From the NCBI GenBank assembly GCA_965200965.1, contig OZ241744.1, positions 2,848,001 through 2,912,000 of the forward strand: a stretch of 64,000 nt of DNA, read 5' to 3'. The first letter of the stretch is position 1. Each line of letters starts with the position of its first letter. Below the pieces are notes generated by a model that was given only the letters and a program-made list of their open reading frames with translations, did not search any database and had not been told where the DNA came from. Made by a program: the position numbers and the translations under genes. Shown here piece after piece: positions 40,455-52,722 of this stretch. This DNA comes from an uncultured Candidatus Binatia bacterium (GTDB lineage Bacteria; Desulfobacterota; Binatia; Bin18).

Positions 40455-41558
40455 TCAGCGGTCCCGATGGTCGCGCGTCTGGCCGGGGGCTTTGGGGTGG
40501 GCATAGGGGTGGGGGCGGTCGGCGGCAACCTCAAAGGGGATGGCCTCCAGGCCGGCCATGCTGTCTTTGTAGGCGGCGATGAGACGGTCCTCACCGGCGT
40601 AATCAAACGGGTCCTGGAGCCGCTTCTCGATCTCTCCGCCGCGTTCCGGCTGATGCTCAACATACCACCTGACGGTGCTGGCCAGGGCGTCTTCAACGCT
40701 GGAGACATCGCTGTAGCCGAGTTGGCGCTTGATTTTGCTCAGGTCCACAACCCGATGGTGGGAGCTTTGCTGCATGGCGTAGGGATGGGCCGGGCGGGCA
40801 ATACGGTGGGGCATACTGACAATCTCCCACTCGTAATCCAGTTCTTTGGCGATGAGCTCAACGACTTGGCGCAGGCTGAACTGGTGTTCGTCGCCACAGT
40901 TGTAGAGCTGGCCGGCCGAGGCGTCCGGCTGGTCCACGGCCAGCAGGACGGCGTGGGCCAAGTTGCCGGCATAGCCGTGGGTGAACAGCATCAGGCCGGC
41001 GTCGGGAAGAATAATATGCGGCCGCTTGTCCAGAATGCGCCGGATGACGCTCCACTCACGGGGCACGAGTTGATACGGGCCGTAGACATAGGGATAGCGG
41101 AAGTAGGCGGCGGTCGGGTGGGTTTCTAACACCGCCTGTTCGGTCTGGGCGATCAGATAGGCGAAGCGCAACTCGTGTTCGCTGTCCACTACCGGCGCGT
41201 CTTCTGGAACCGCCACTTTGAGGCCGGGCGGGAACACGGCGTAGGCGTCCATATAGCCCCGGTAGCTGGCCACGCCACCAACGCCGACAAAGCGCCCGAC
41301 CTTGCCGACCAAGGCTTCGGCCACAAAGCGGATGCGGCCGTAGGTGACGACCGCGAGGTCAAAGGTCCGCCCATTGAGGGCCTCGTCAATGGTCTCCCGG
41401 AAATGCGGGTCGCCGTGGATGTGTTCAACCTGGGGTGGAATCTCGGGAATTTCGTGGGTCCCGCGGTGAAAAATTGTCACCTCATAACCCCGGTCAATCA
41501 GGCCATTGACAATAAACGGGCCGGTCGGGCCGGTCCCCCCAACGACAAGTGCTTTCAT
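40455..41558 (-). CDS. NAD-dependent epimerase/dehydratase
   Basis: LVVGGTGPTG Rossmann motif, RYPYVYGP. Confidence 0.88.
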   Translation of the reverse strand: MKALVVGGTGPTGPFIVNGLIDRGYEVTIFHRGTHEIPEIPPQVEHIHGDPHFRETIDEALNGRTFDLAVVTYGRIRFVAEALVGKVGRFVGVGGVASYRGYMDAYAVFPPGLKVAVPEDAPVVDSEHELRFAYLIAQTEQAVLETHPTAAYFRYPYVYGPYQLVPREWSVIRRILDKRPHIILPDAGLMLFTHGYAGNLAHAVLLAVDQPDASAGQLYNCGDEHQFSLRQVVELIAKELDYEWEIVSMPHRIARPAHPYAMQQSSHHRVVDLSKIKRQLGYSDVSSVEDALASTVRWYVEHQPERGGEIEKRLQDPFDYAGEDRLIAAYKDSMAGLEAIPFEVAADRPHPYAHPKAPGQTRDHRDR

Positions 41559-41568
41559 TGAGAACCTC

Positions 41569-41597
41569 TTTCGGAGGCAGCTTGTTGGCTGCCGAAA
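41569..41597. terminator. hairpin, possible terminator
   Basis: GGCAGC/GCTGCC stem extended by TTTCGG/CCGAAA, just downstream of ORF 41612-41872. Confidence 0.35.
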
Positions 41598-41611
41598 CGG
41601 GGGCCGTTGTT

Positions 41612-41872
41612 TCAGGCGGCGTGGGGTTTGACTGCTTTGGCTTCTTCATTCACGATTCCCATCGCTTTATACATATCATGTCCGATGCGTTCCTGATCCC
41701 GCAGCCGGGCATCTTGCGGATAGCGGGGGGGATTGAAGCGTCGCGGGTTCAGGTCGCCCAAGGCCCCAAAACCTCGTACGAACCCTCTCCAGAAAGGATT
41801 TTTCCTTCTTCGATACCGTGTGGCCCCGAGCGTGTGGCCCAGATATCTTTGCCGATACGATTCATCCTCCAT
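41612..41872 (-). CDS. small hypothetical protein, lower GC
   Basis: GAGG RBS; FWRGFVRGFGALGDL...DQERIGHDMYKAM. Confidence 0.6.
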   Translation of the reverse strand: MEDESYRQRYLGHTLGATRYRRRKNPFWRGFVRGFGALGDLNPRRFNPPRYPQDARLRDQERIGHDMYKAMGIVNEEAKAVKPHAA

Positions 41873-41977
41873 TGCAGAATCCTCCTTGTGCCTCTCTTTA
41901 TCAAAATGGCTTCAAGCTGAAAACCACCACAGACCCGCCCTTGTACTGGGCTGGGCAAGGGCATACAAGCGTGAGCT

Positions 41978-44900
41978 ATGCCGGCGGGAGTGGCTGTCAG
42001 ACCAAAAGACATCCGGGAATACTACGCCGCCCTCGACGCGTACGCCAGGCAGGGCGTGACGCATGAGGGGGCGGTCCGCTCAGCCTTTCAGAACCTGCTG
42101 GCCGAGACCGGCCGGCGGGTCGGCTGGACGCTCATCCCGGAGATGTCGATCGGGCCTATCCGGCCTGATGGCACGTTCCGGGATGAGTATTTTCTCAACC
42201 GTGGCTACTGGGAAGCCAAGGACACCGGAGACCGGCTTGAAGCCGAAATTGACAAGAAAAGAGACAAAGGCTATCCGCTGACAAACACGATCTTTGAAGA
42301 CACCCGGCGTGCCCACCTGTACCAGAACGGGCAGGTCGCCATGCAGGTTGATCTCGGCCAGCGGGCGCAACTCAGCAGCCTGCTCATCGCCTTTTTCTCC
42401 TATACCGAGCCGGCCCATGAGGACTTCAGTACTGCGGTTGACGATTTCAAGCAGCGCGTCCCGGACCTTGCGCGTGGCCTCGTCCAGATCATCGGGGACG
42501 CCCACGCCACCAACGCCCGATTCAAGCGAGCCTTTGCCAGCTTCTTTGCCCTGTGCCGCGAGTCCTTGAACCCCAACCTGAGCGAAGCCGCGGTGGATGA
42601 GATGCTGGTGCAGCATCTGTTGACCGAGCGGCTGATTCGGACGATTTTTGACAGTCAGGACTTTACCCGCCGGAACGTGATTGCGCGCGAGGTGGAAACA
42701 GTCATTGATGCCCTGGTCAGCCGGGCCTTCAACCGGCCGGCATTCCTCAAACGGCTTGACCCGTTCTATCTGGCGATTGAGTCCGCGGCGCAGACGATTG
42801 CGGACTTCCGCGAAAAGCAGCGTTTCCTGAACGCCGTCTATGAGCGTTTCTTTCAGGGCTATTCGGTCAAGGCCGCGGATACGCTGGGCATTGTCTACAC
42901 ACCACAGGAAATTGTCGATTTCATGTGCGCAAGCGTCGAGCGGGTGCTGAAAGACGAGTTCGGCAAGACCCTCAGCGACCCCGGGGTGAACATCCTTGAC
43001 CCCTGCACGGGAACCGGGAACTTTGTGGTCAACCTGTTGCGGCGCATCCCCAGCCGTGAGTTGCACCGGGTCTACACCACGCAGTTGTTTGCCAACGAGG
43101 TCATGCTGCTTCCGTACTACGTTGCCGCCCTCAACATTGAGCACGCCTATTATGAACGCACAGGCGTGTATGAGCCGTTTGACGGCCTGTGTTTTGTGGA
43201 TACGCTTGAGCTCGCCGAGGACAGCGAGCGACAATTTGCGTTTATGACCGAAGAGAACACCGCGCGGGTAGAGCGGCAAAAGACCGCACCCATCACCGTC
43301 ATCATTGGCAACCCGCCCTACAACGTCGGCCAGATCAACGAAAACGACAATAACAAGAACCGCAAGTACAAGGTCATAGATGAACGTATCAGAGTCACTT
43401 ACGCGAAGGATTCGAAGGCAACGCTAAACATGCAGCTCTATGACGCTTATGTGAAGTTCTTTCGCTGGGCGGTGGAGCGGCTGGAAGACCGGGACGGGAT
43501 TGTGTGCTTTGTGACAAATAATAGCTTCGTAGACGGTATTGCCTTTGATGGTATGCGGAAGCACCTCCTGCGAGACTTTACATATCTATATCATGTGGAC
43601 CTCCACGGCAACGTGCGTAAGAGTTCCAAAGGCGGGAATGTGTTCGGAATCCGGGTTGGGGTCGGAGTCACAGTTGCCGTTCGTAATTCAGAGCATATGA
43701 ATCACAAGCTGCTATACTATCGCGTTCCTGAAAACTGGCGTAAGGAAGAAAAGCTCTCTTGGTTAACAAAAAAGCGGGGCATTGAGGATGTGGATTGGCG
43801 GCCGTTACTGCCTGACGACAATCATACTTGGCTTGTTCCTGCCTATGCGGACGAGTTTGGTGCATTGCTGCCATTGGGCTCAAAAGAGGCCAAATCAGGC
43901 AAAGACAAGCCTGGAGAGATTATATTCAGAATATACTCTTCGGGAGTATGTACTAATTCAGACGCTTATGTGTACGATTTCGATTCATCCTCGCTTATTG
44001 ATCGCGCCAAAAACATGGTTGAGAATTTCAACACCGAACTTGACCGTTGGAAGCGGAACGACGAACCGAAAGACCTCAATACATTCTTGAAAGTCGATGA
44101 GACGGTCTTGAAGTGGATTCGTAATACCAAACGTGTTTTTCTGCGTGGCAATTATGTTGACTTCGACCTTGCTTCCATCCGAAATAGCCTGTATCGTCCT
44201 TTCACCAAACGTTCCCTATTTTTTAACCCAGTTTTCAACGAAGACACATACCGCTTGCCGTCAATATTCCCAACGATTTCCAGTGAAACGGAAAATCGTC
44301 TCATTTGTGTCAGTGATATAGGCCATAGGGCAGATTTTAGCACTTTAGTGATAGATACTCTGCCGGATCAGCATCTTCTTGCGAGTCTCGACCGTTTTCA
44401 GTTTTTCCCCTTCTACGTCTACGACGAAGAGGGAGGCAATCGGCGGGAGAATATCACCGAGTGGGCGCTGTCACAGTTCCGCAGGCACTATGCTGAGGCC
44501 AGCATCAGCAAGTGGGACATATTCTACTATGTGTATGGGCTGCTGCATCATCCCGGCTACCGGGAGCAGTTCGCCGAGAACCTGAAACGCGAGCTGCCGC
44601 GTCTGCCGTTTGCCCCGGACTTCCGGGCCTTTGCCGCTGCCGGCAAGCAGCTCGCCCGGCTGCACCTCGAGTACGAGAGCCTTGAGCCGTATGACTTGCA
44701 GTGGCTCGAAGCGGACGATGTGCCGCTCTCGCAGCGCGTGGAGCGCATGAAGCTCAGCAAGGACAAGACCGCCCTTGTTGTCAATGACTCGCTCACCCTG
44801 GCCGGGATTCCCCCGGAGGTGTTCGCCTACCGGCTCGGCAATCGCAGCGCGCTGGAGTGGGTGATTGACCAGTACCGCATCAAGACCGACAAGCGCAGCG

Positions 44901-45031
44901 GCATCCGCTCTGACCCCAACCGCCTTGACGACGAAGCCTACATCGTCCGCCTCGTCGGCCAAGTCGTCCGCCTCAGCCTGGAAACCGTCAGCATTGTGGC
45001 CGGTCTGCCGGCGGAGCTGGGGGCCGCTTAG
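41978..45031 (+). CDS. single-chain restriction-modification enzyme (N6-adenine MTase; Type IIG / Type ISP-like without helicase)
   Basis: RPDG...WEAKD nuclease motif, YTPQEIV, DPCTGTG, GNPPY, LlaBIII-like C-terminus (DIFYYVYGLLH, GNRSALEWVIDQY). Confidence 0.9.
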   Translation: MPAGVAVRPKDIREYYAALDAYARQGVTHEGAVRSAFQNLLAETGRRVGWTLIPEMSIGPIRPDGTFRDEYFLNRGYWEAKDTGDRLEAEIDKKRDKGYPLTNTIFEDTRRAHLYQNGQVAMQVDLGQRAQLSSLLIAFFSYTEPAHEDFSTAVDDFKQRVPDLARGLVQIIGDAHATNARFKRAFASFFALCRESLNPNLSEAAVDEMLVQHLLTERLIRTIFDSQDFTRRNVIAREVETVIDALVSRAFNRPAFLKRLDPFYLAIESAAQTIADFREKQRFLNAVYERFFQGYSVKAADTLGIVYTPQEIVDFMCASVERVLKDEFGKTLSDPGVNILDPCTGTGNFVVNLLRRIPSRELHRVYTTQLFANEVMLLPYYVAALNIEHAYYERTGVYEPFDGLCFVDTLELAEDSERQFAFMTEENTARVERQKTAPITVIIGNPPYNVGQINENDNNKNRKYKVIDERIRVTYAKDSKATLNMQLYDAYVKFFRWAVERLEDRDGIVCFVTNNSFVDGIAFDGMRKHLLRDFTYLYHVDLHGNVRKSSKGGNVFGIRVGVGVTVAVRNSEHMNHKLLYYRVPENWRKEEKLSWLTKKRGIEDVDWRPLLPDDNHTWLVPAYADEFGALLPLGSKEAKSGKDKPGEIIFRIYSSGVCTNSDAYVYDFDSSSLIDRAKNMVENFNTELDRWKRNDEPKDLNTFLKVDETVLKWIRNTKRVFLRGNYVDFDLASIRNSLYRPFTKRSLFFNPVFNEDTYRLPSIFPTISSETENRLICVSDIGHRADFSTLVIDTLPDQHLLASLDRFQFFPFYVYDEEGGNRRENITEWALSQFRRHYAEASISKWDIFYYVYGLLHHPGYREQFAENLKRELPRLPFAPDFRAFAAAGKQLARLHLEYESLEPYDLQWLEADDVPLSQRVERMKLSKDKTALVVNDSLTLAGIPPEVFAYRLGNRSALEWVIDQYRIKTDKRSGIRSDPNRLDDEAYIVRLVGQVVRLSLETVSIVAGLPAELGAA

Positions 45032-45054
45032 TCTGCCAAGCGCTGACTGACCGG

Positions 45055-45423
45055 CTAGGTCGCCTGGAGTCGTTGGTCGGCGGTCCATTCTTCTTCGCTG
45101 TACAGAACGAAGCAGCAGAACTGTTCGGGGTCTCGTCTTGCTTCCTGCTCAAGGACGCGGAGGGACGCGGCTTTGCACTGCGCAACGACATCCTGCCAGC
45201 GGACTGTTTGCAAGAACTCTGACCAATCCGCTGAATTGATCGGAACCCGGGGATGAATCGCACCCTGCCGGATATGCACAAAGTCCATGCCAATCACCGC
45301 AAGCCCCTTTTGCGAACATTCCTCAACAAGCCGCCCAGCCTCTTGCAGGGAAAGATAGCGCTCGCCTCCTCTGACAATTCCCAGACCCTCATACCGCTCA
45401 ATGATCTGGTCAGTCATGCTCAT
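45055..45423 (-). CDS. putative immunity protein (Imm40-like)
   Basis: directly downstream of a toxin domain; LVEEC...AVIGMD pattern. Confidence 0.6.
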   Translation of the reverse strand: MSMTDQIIERYEGLGIVRGGERYLSLQEAGRLVEECSQKGLAVIGMDFVHIRQGAIHPRVPINSADWSEFLQTVRWQDVVAQCKAASLRVLEQEARRDPEQFCCFVLYSEEEWTADQRLQAT

Positions 45424-45437
45424 AAGCCCCTCGCTTT

Positions 45438-45713
45438 TCAGAACGGAAGCTGCCAATCAGGGTTATTTCGATCGCTGACCTGGACAATCCCTCCAGTTTC
45501 ATCATTCTGCACGACATAACTGCCATCGGCACGAATATAGGCGGTTGCTGGATCATCGCGTCTCTGCCCGTCCGGTTTATATCTGCTGTCCTTTGTTGTC
45601 TTTGTTCGGTGCGGATTATCTATTGTCTCGGTCACTAGCTCTTTATTCCAGCCTCGTCTGCCCATTTGCTTGCCAATTTTTTTCTCTATTGGCAAATTTC
45701 TTTTCTCAGCCAT
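45438..45713 (-). CDS. stand-alone colicin E5-type ribonuclease (tRNase) domain
   Basis: IEKKIGKQMGRRGW...DDPATAY...YVVQNDETGGIVQVSDR.PDW resembles the colicin E5 catalytic domain; AAAGGA RBS. Confidence 0.85.
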   Translation of the reverse strand: MAEKRNLPIEKKIGKQMGRRGWNKELVTETIDNPHRTKTTKDSRYKPDGQRRDDPATAYIRADGSYVVQNDETGGIVQVSDRNNPDWQLPF

Positions 45714-45782
45714 GTCTATTCCTTTCATAGTACATAAGAATTCTTGCGAGTTCTATTGATGCTGTTTTACGGCGAAAGTGGC

Positions 45783-46508
45783 TTAGCCCTGGGCGTCAAG
45801 CTGCTGACGGAAGCTGGCTGAACGTTGGATGAGGTCGGCGTACTGCTCCGGCGTCAGGCGGCCCCGCACGAGTTCAAGCCGCAGGAACAGAAAATAGGTC
45901 TGAATAACATCGCGGCGGCAATAGCGATGAATCTCGGCAAGGCGGCCGGCTTCCCAGTACTGCTGGACCTGCGAGCCATCAATCCCGACCTTGCCCGGCA
46001 GGCCGATCATTTTTGTCAGCAGGTTCAGCCCGCCCCGCAGGCGTTGAGCGCCGTAGTTGGTGACAAAATCGTACAGGTCATAGTGGCCCTCTTCGCTGAA
46101 GCGGTAGCGGGCTTTGCCGCTGAAGTAATGCGGGGCCGGACAGCCGTACCTGAGCGCGTGGAGTTCGAGGACGGGCAGGTCGAAACCGCGCCCGTTGAAC
46201 GTGACCAGCGCCCCCCGAAAGCGCTCGAAGCGCTGCCAGAAGGTCCGCACGATGGTTTCTTCGTCGGCGTCCTCCCCGCCGAGGGTCTCGACCGCGGCCA
46301 GACCGCGGTCCTCATCGACCTGGCCCACGCCAATAGAGACGGGGATATGAAATGGGACGGGAAAGAAGTCGCTGCCGTGCTCTTGCCTGAGGTGTTGCCG
46401 GACCTGGGCATAGGCCTCGTCGTCCGAGATGTCGGCGTCCGGGTGATAGACCTGCCGGACGAGGTGTTTGTCAATGCGGGTCTCAATATCGAGAATGGTG
46501 TAACGCAT
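45783..46508 (-). CDS. predicted 3'-5' exonuclease related to the PolB exonuclease domain
   Basis: ILDIET, TFNGRGFDLPVL, YCRRD (DEDDy). Confidence 0.9.
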   Translation of the reverse strand: MRYTILDIETRIDKHLVRQVYHPDADISDDEAYAQVRQHLRQEHGSDFFPVPFHIPVSIGVGQVDEDRGLAAVETLGGEDADEETIVRTFWQRFERFRGALVTFNGRGFDLPVLELHALRYGCPAPHYFSGKARYRFSEEGHYDLYDFVTNYGAQRLRGGLNLLTKMIGLPGKVGIDGSQVQQYWEAGRLAEIHRYCRRDVIQTYFLFLRLELVRGRLTPEQYADLIQRSASFRQQLDAQG

Positions 46509-46522
46509 GGACGAACTCGGGG

Positions 46523-47521
46523 CTACTGCGACACAAACTTGATGGAGCCGCCCTCGTGTATCCGCTCGACCTTGCCGTCGTACATGAGCAGGTGGAGATG
46601 TGCCAGGGTCTCAAACGCGGCGGCCATCAGATGAAAGATGGGCGGTTTGTCTTTGCCAAAGTCAAAGATGTTCATGGCGATGTCAAACGCGGTGATGGGC
46701 GTGGTGTGGGTCTGGTCGTGGATTTCCTTGAGCCGATAGATGTGGTGCTGGATGATCTGTCTGGCCCGGTAGCGGTGGTCCTTGAAATTGCCGCCGTGGG
46801 CCGGCAGGACGAGTTCCACGTCGAGCGCCTGGATTTTCTCGTGCGAGTTGATGAAATCCCTGAGCGGGTTCTGTGGCCCGGAGTAATACACGCCAACGTG
46901 GGGGGTGATTTTGGGCAGGAGATGGTCGCCGGCAATCAGCACCTTGTCTGTGGGAAAATAAAAGCAGCAGTGGCCGGGGGTATGGCCCGGCGTCCACACG
47001 GCCCGGAGTTCACGGTCTCCGACACACAGGGTGTCGCCGTCTTCAATCGGATGGTCCGGCATGACCGGCAGATAGCGCGTACCAAAATGGCTGGCCGGGC
47101 TGGGCAGGCCGTCTGGAAACTCGTCAAGCGGAATGCCGTGGGCACGGAAGAACGCCAGGGCCTCGGGCAAGGGCTGGGTGGACTGCATACGCTCAATCCG
47201 CTGTTTCTCGAGCGGGTTGAGATAGACCTCGGCCCCGGTCATCTCTTTGCAGGTCCGCGAGGTACCAAAGTGGTCGGCGTGGTGGTGGGTACAGATCAGC
47301 TTGCGAATGGCCGAGGGCCGACAGCCGACCCGGTTGAGGGCCGATGTGAGGGTGGCGACACTCTCTTTGGTGTGCATGCCGGTGTCAAACAGCGCCCATT
47401 CATCCCGGTCACGGACGAGGTGGATATTGACAATGCTGGGCCGCATCGGCAGCGGCATATGGATTTGATAGATATCCGCAGCAACTTCACGAATCTTGGC
47501 GTCTTGCATGGGGTTACTCAT
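46523..47521 (-). CDS. MBL-fold metallo-hydrolase
   Basis: THHHADH, TPGHTPGH, AGDH, LPAHG. Confidence 0.92.
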   Translation of the reverse strand: MSNPMQDAKIREVAADIYQIHMPLPMRPSIVNIHLVRDRDEWALFDTGMHTKESVATLTSALNRVGCRPSAIRKLICTHHHADHFGTSRTCKEMTGAEVYLNPLEKQRIERMQSTQPLPEALAFFRAHGIPLDEFPDGLPSPASHFGTRYLPVMPDHPIEDGDTLCVGDRELRAVWTPGHTPGHCCFYFPTDKVLIAGDHLLPKITPHVGVYYSGPQNPLRDFINSHEKIQALDVELVLPAHGGNFKDHRYRARQIIQHHIYRLKEIHDQTHTTPITAFDIAMNIFDFGKDKPPIFHLMAAAFETLAHLHLLMYDGKVERIHEGGSIKFVSQ

Positions 47522-47726
47522 GGACACGATCTTTGACCGGAAAGGTTGCCTTGATTTTGACCTTCCACAGGGCGATGCTGCCGTTCTCGACAATCGCTTT
47601 GATGTCGGTGACTTCGACCTGCTCAATACCGCTGATGGTCACCGTGGCGCGGGACACGGCCAGGGCCACCGCCTCTTCAATACCGGACTTTGAGTTGCCG
47701 GTAAGTTCTATTGTTTTCTCAACCAT
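47514..47726 (-). CDS. dodecin family protein
   Basis: KTIELTGNS..GIEEAV..A...VENG.I..WKVKIKATF; 70 aa. Confidence 0.88.
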   Translation of the reverse strand: MVEKTIELTGNSKSGIEEAVALAVSRATVTISGIEQVEVTDIKAIVENGSIALWKVKIKATFPVKDRVHE

Positions 47727-47740
47727 TGTCGGACCTCCTC

Positions 47741-48370
47741 TCACTCCAGGGACGCAGCCGGCGGGTCGAATGTGGCCGGCACAAGCGGTGTATCAGGGGA
47801 AGACAGGTGGGCATAGATGACCTGCCGGGCGCGGGTCAGGATCCCGCGCAGGGTATCGGCGTTCTCCGGCTCAACAACCTGCTGGACCAGGACGCCGTTC
47901 AGCGCGGCCATGATCAGCGCCGCGTCTTCGGTTGGTTTGACGCGGCTGGTAAAGTGTCCGGTCTCTCGACCACGCTCAAGAATGGTAGCCAGCAGGCCCC
48001 GGTAGACCCGGTAGAGTTTGTTGACATGGGCCACTACGTCTTTGGAGTTTTCTTCTTCACGCACGACCTGGCTGAGCATGAACTTCACCGAATCAACGTT
48101 TGTGGCGATGAACTCCGAGTAGTCGGTGATCAGCTTCTCCAACTGCTGCCGGGCGTCGAGGCCGCGCAGCGTCTTCTCATCAATCGCGTAGGGGGCGAGA
48201 AAGTGTTGCAGCGCGGTCCGAAACAGCTGCTCTTTGGTCTCGAAATACCACAGGATGAGCGCTTTGCTGACCTGGGCTTCCCGGGCAACCTGGGCCAATG
48301 AGGTATCGGCATAGCCGTGGGTGGCAAACAGTTGGCCCGCGGTTTCCAGTATTCTTTCGCGTGCAGCCAC
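47741..48370 (-). CDS. TetR/AcrR family regulator
   Basis: RERILETAGQLFATHGY...VAREAQVSKALILWYFETKE. Confidence 0.9.
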   Translation of the reverse strand: MAARERILETAGQLFATHGYADTSLAQVAREAQVSKALILWYFETKEQLFRTALQHFLAPYAIDEKTLRGLDARQQLEKLITDYSEFIATNVDSVKFMLSQVVREEENSKDVVAHVNKLYRVYRGLLATILERGRETGHFTSRVKPTEDAALIMAALNGVLVQQVVEPENADTLRGILTRARQVIYAHLSSPDTPLVPATFDPPAASLE

Positions 48371-48467
48371 GCCGACAGCCTAGGGAAAATGCCCCGCACT
48401 GTCAACGAGAACGGCGGGGGCAGGCCCGCGGCGAGCCAACCCGGGTGGGCTTGGCTCGCGCCCCCGC

Positions 48468-51095
<2,628 letters not shown>

Positions 51096-51202
51096 AGTGT
51101 TCCTCCCTGGGTACGCGCCGGTTGGTGGCTCGTGGCTGTTCAAAAGCTAAGCCGGTGAGGGGGAGTGTCAAGCCGGGAAGGAACGGGCTGGACCGTCGGT
51201 GA

Positions 51203-52114
51203 TCAGGTCAGACAGGTATTAAACCGCTCATTGACTTCCTGCTGGATATAAAACACTGCCCTGCCGAACTGATCGGCCGTCCAGGTGATGCACGGGAAGT
51301 CGGGATAGGTCGTATAGCCGCCCGAGAAGACCTCGTTGCGATTGCCGTTCGGACCAAAGAAATAGATCGTCGTCCCCCGGGTAATGCCATGACGGGTCGG
51401 TCCCATATCGATCTTCAGATTGTTGCGCGACAGGGTATCGCCAGCCCGCAGAATATCGTGCCAGCTATCCAGCCAAAAGGCGTAGTGGTGCAGCTTTCCG
51501 TTCGGGCCTCTGACAAAGGCGATATCGTGCGCCTTGTTGGAGCAGAACAGAAAAGCGGCCAGCAGTTCATCGCTGTGCCGGTCTGGGACAATCCGCTCAC
51601 TCATCCGAAAGCCCAGCGCCCGGGTAAAAAAATCAACGCTGGTCTGGACATCTTCGGCCGTCAGCAGCAGATGGTCGAGGCGGGACGGGGCGATACCCGT
51701 CTGCCGGTCCGGCCAGGGGGCCGGGTTGAGTACGCCGACGCTGGTGCCCGGCTGCTCGGCCTCGGCGTACAATTCCAGCACATGGTCCGAGGGCAAGGTA
51801 CAGCGGAGCGCCTCCCCCTGGCCCGGGTTTTCTCCGCATGACAGCCGCTTGACGGTCAGGCCAAAGGTCTGGGCGGCGTGTTCTATACGCTCCAGGTCGT
51901 CCGGGCTCTCGACCTTATAGCCCATTTTGACCAGCCCCAAGCCGCCGTTTTCAATCACGACACTGTGGTGGTCGTACTCGTCCCAGCATTTGAAGTAGCG
52001 CTTGCCGTCCTGACGGGTGACCTCGTGGAGACCCAGAACCTGGGTATAGTAGTGGCTGGCTCTATCAAGGTCGGTTTCGCGCACATGGACAAACCCCAGT
52101 CGCATCACACCCAT
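51203..52114 (-). CDS. catechol 2,3-dioxygenase
   Basis: MGVMRLGFVH, CWDEYDHHS, HDIAF, GPTRHGITRGTTIYFF..GNRNE. Confidence 0.93.
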   Translation of the reverse strand: MGVMRLGFVHVRETDLDRASHYYTQVLGLHEVTRQDGKRYFKCWDEYDHHSVVIENGGLGLVKMGYKVESPDDLERIEHAAQTFGLTVKRLSCGENPGQGEALRCTLPSDHVLELYAEAEQPGTSVGVLNPAPWPDRQTGIAPSRLDHLLLTAEDVQTSVDFFTRALGFRMSERIVPDRHSDELLAAFLFCSNKAHDIAFVRGPNGKLHHYAFWLDSWHDILRAGDTLSRNNLKIDMGPTRHGITRGTTIYFFGPNGNRNEVFSGGYTTYPDFPCITWTADQFGRAVFYIQQEVNERFNTCLT

Positions 52115-52174
52115 GATATCCCTCCGCTGCGGTAATGGGTGCAGGTGTAGCAGGAAAGCGGCCCAAGGGGAAAT

Positions 52175-52576
52175 GTGGCCCTGAAGAACTCATCGTTCCC
52201 TTTTCAGCCCGGAGCGGCTAAGGTCTGGCCTGTGAGATGCCGCTACTGCCGCGACCGCGCCGGTTTTCGCCGGGTGTGTGCCGACTGCCGGCGCTTGCTG
52301 GCTCTTTACACCCGGTGCCAGGGCCGGCTGAGCCTGCTCCAACTCGTGGACCTGTACATTGACGCGGGTGTGTCTCGGGAGAAGATCGAGGCCTTTCTGA
52401 ACGCCGACCCTACCGGTCAGGGCAGCCTCAAAGACCGGATTACGGCCGACATGAGTACCGAACTGCTGGGCGCGATGGGGATCAACGCACGGCAAACCGC
52501 CCACGATGTCAAACGGCTCCGCAACCAGGGCAACTGGCGAAGCATGGATGCACGACCCGAAGAGGGGAAACACTGA
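52175..52576 (+). CDS. hypothetical protein with CxxC..CxxC motif
   Basis: CRYC...CADC; fills the gap; start uncertain. Confidence 0.6.
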   Translation: MALKNSSFPFQPGAAKVWPVRCRYCRDRAGFRRVCADCRRLLALYTRCQGRLSLLQLVDLYIDAGVSREKIEAFLNADPTGQGSLKDRITADMSTELLGAMGINARQTAHDVKRLRNQGNWRSMDARPEEGKH

Positions 52577-52722
52577 TACACGCTGCCAGACTTTTCGGTA
52601 AGGGAGACGCCCCGGCGTTTCCCGTGCGGCTCAGCATGCGCTTGGGAGTGTCAACTCGTCTTGATTCCTGCGGCCCCCGGGGGCTATGACAGGGGGGGCA
52701 CATTCACGAGCAGGAGGACTCT

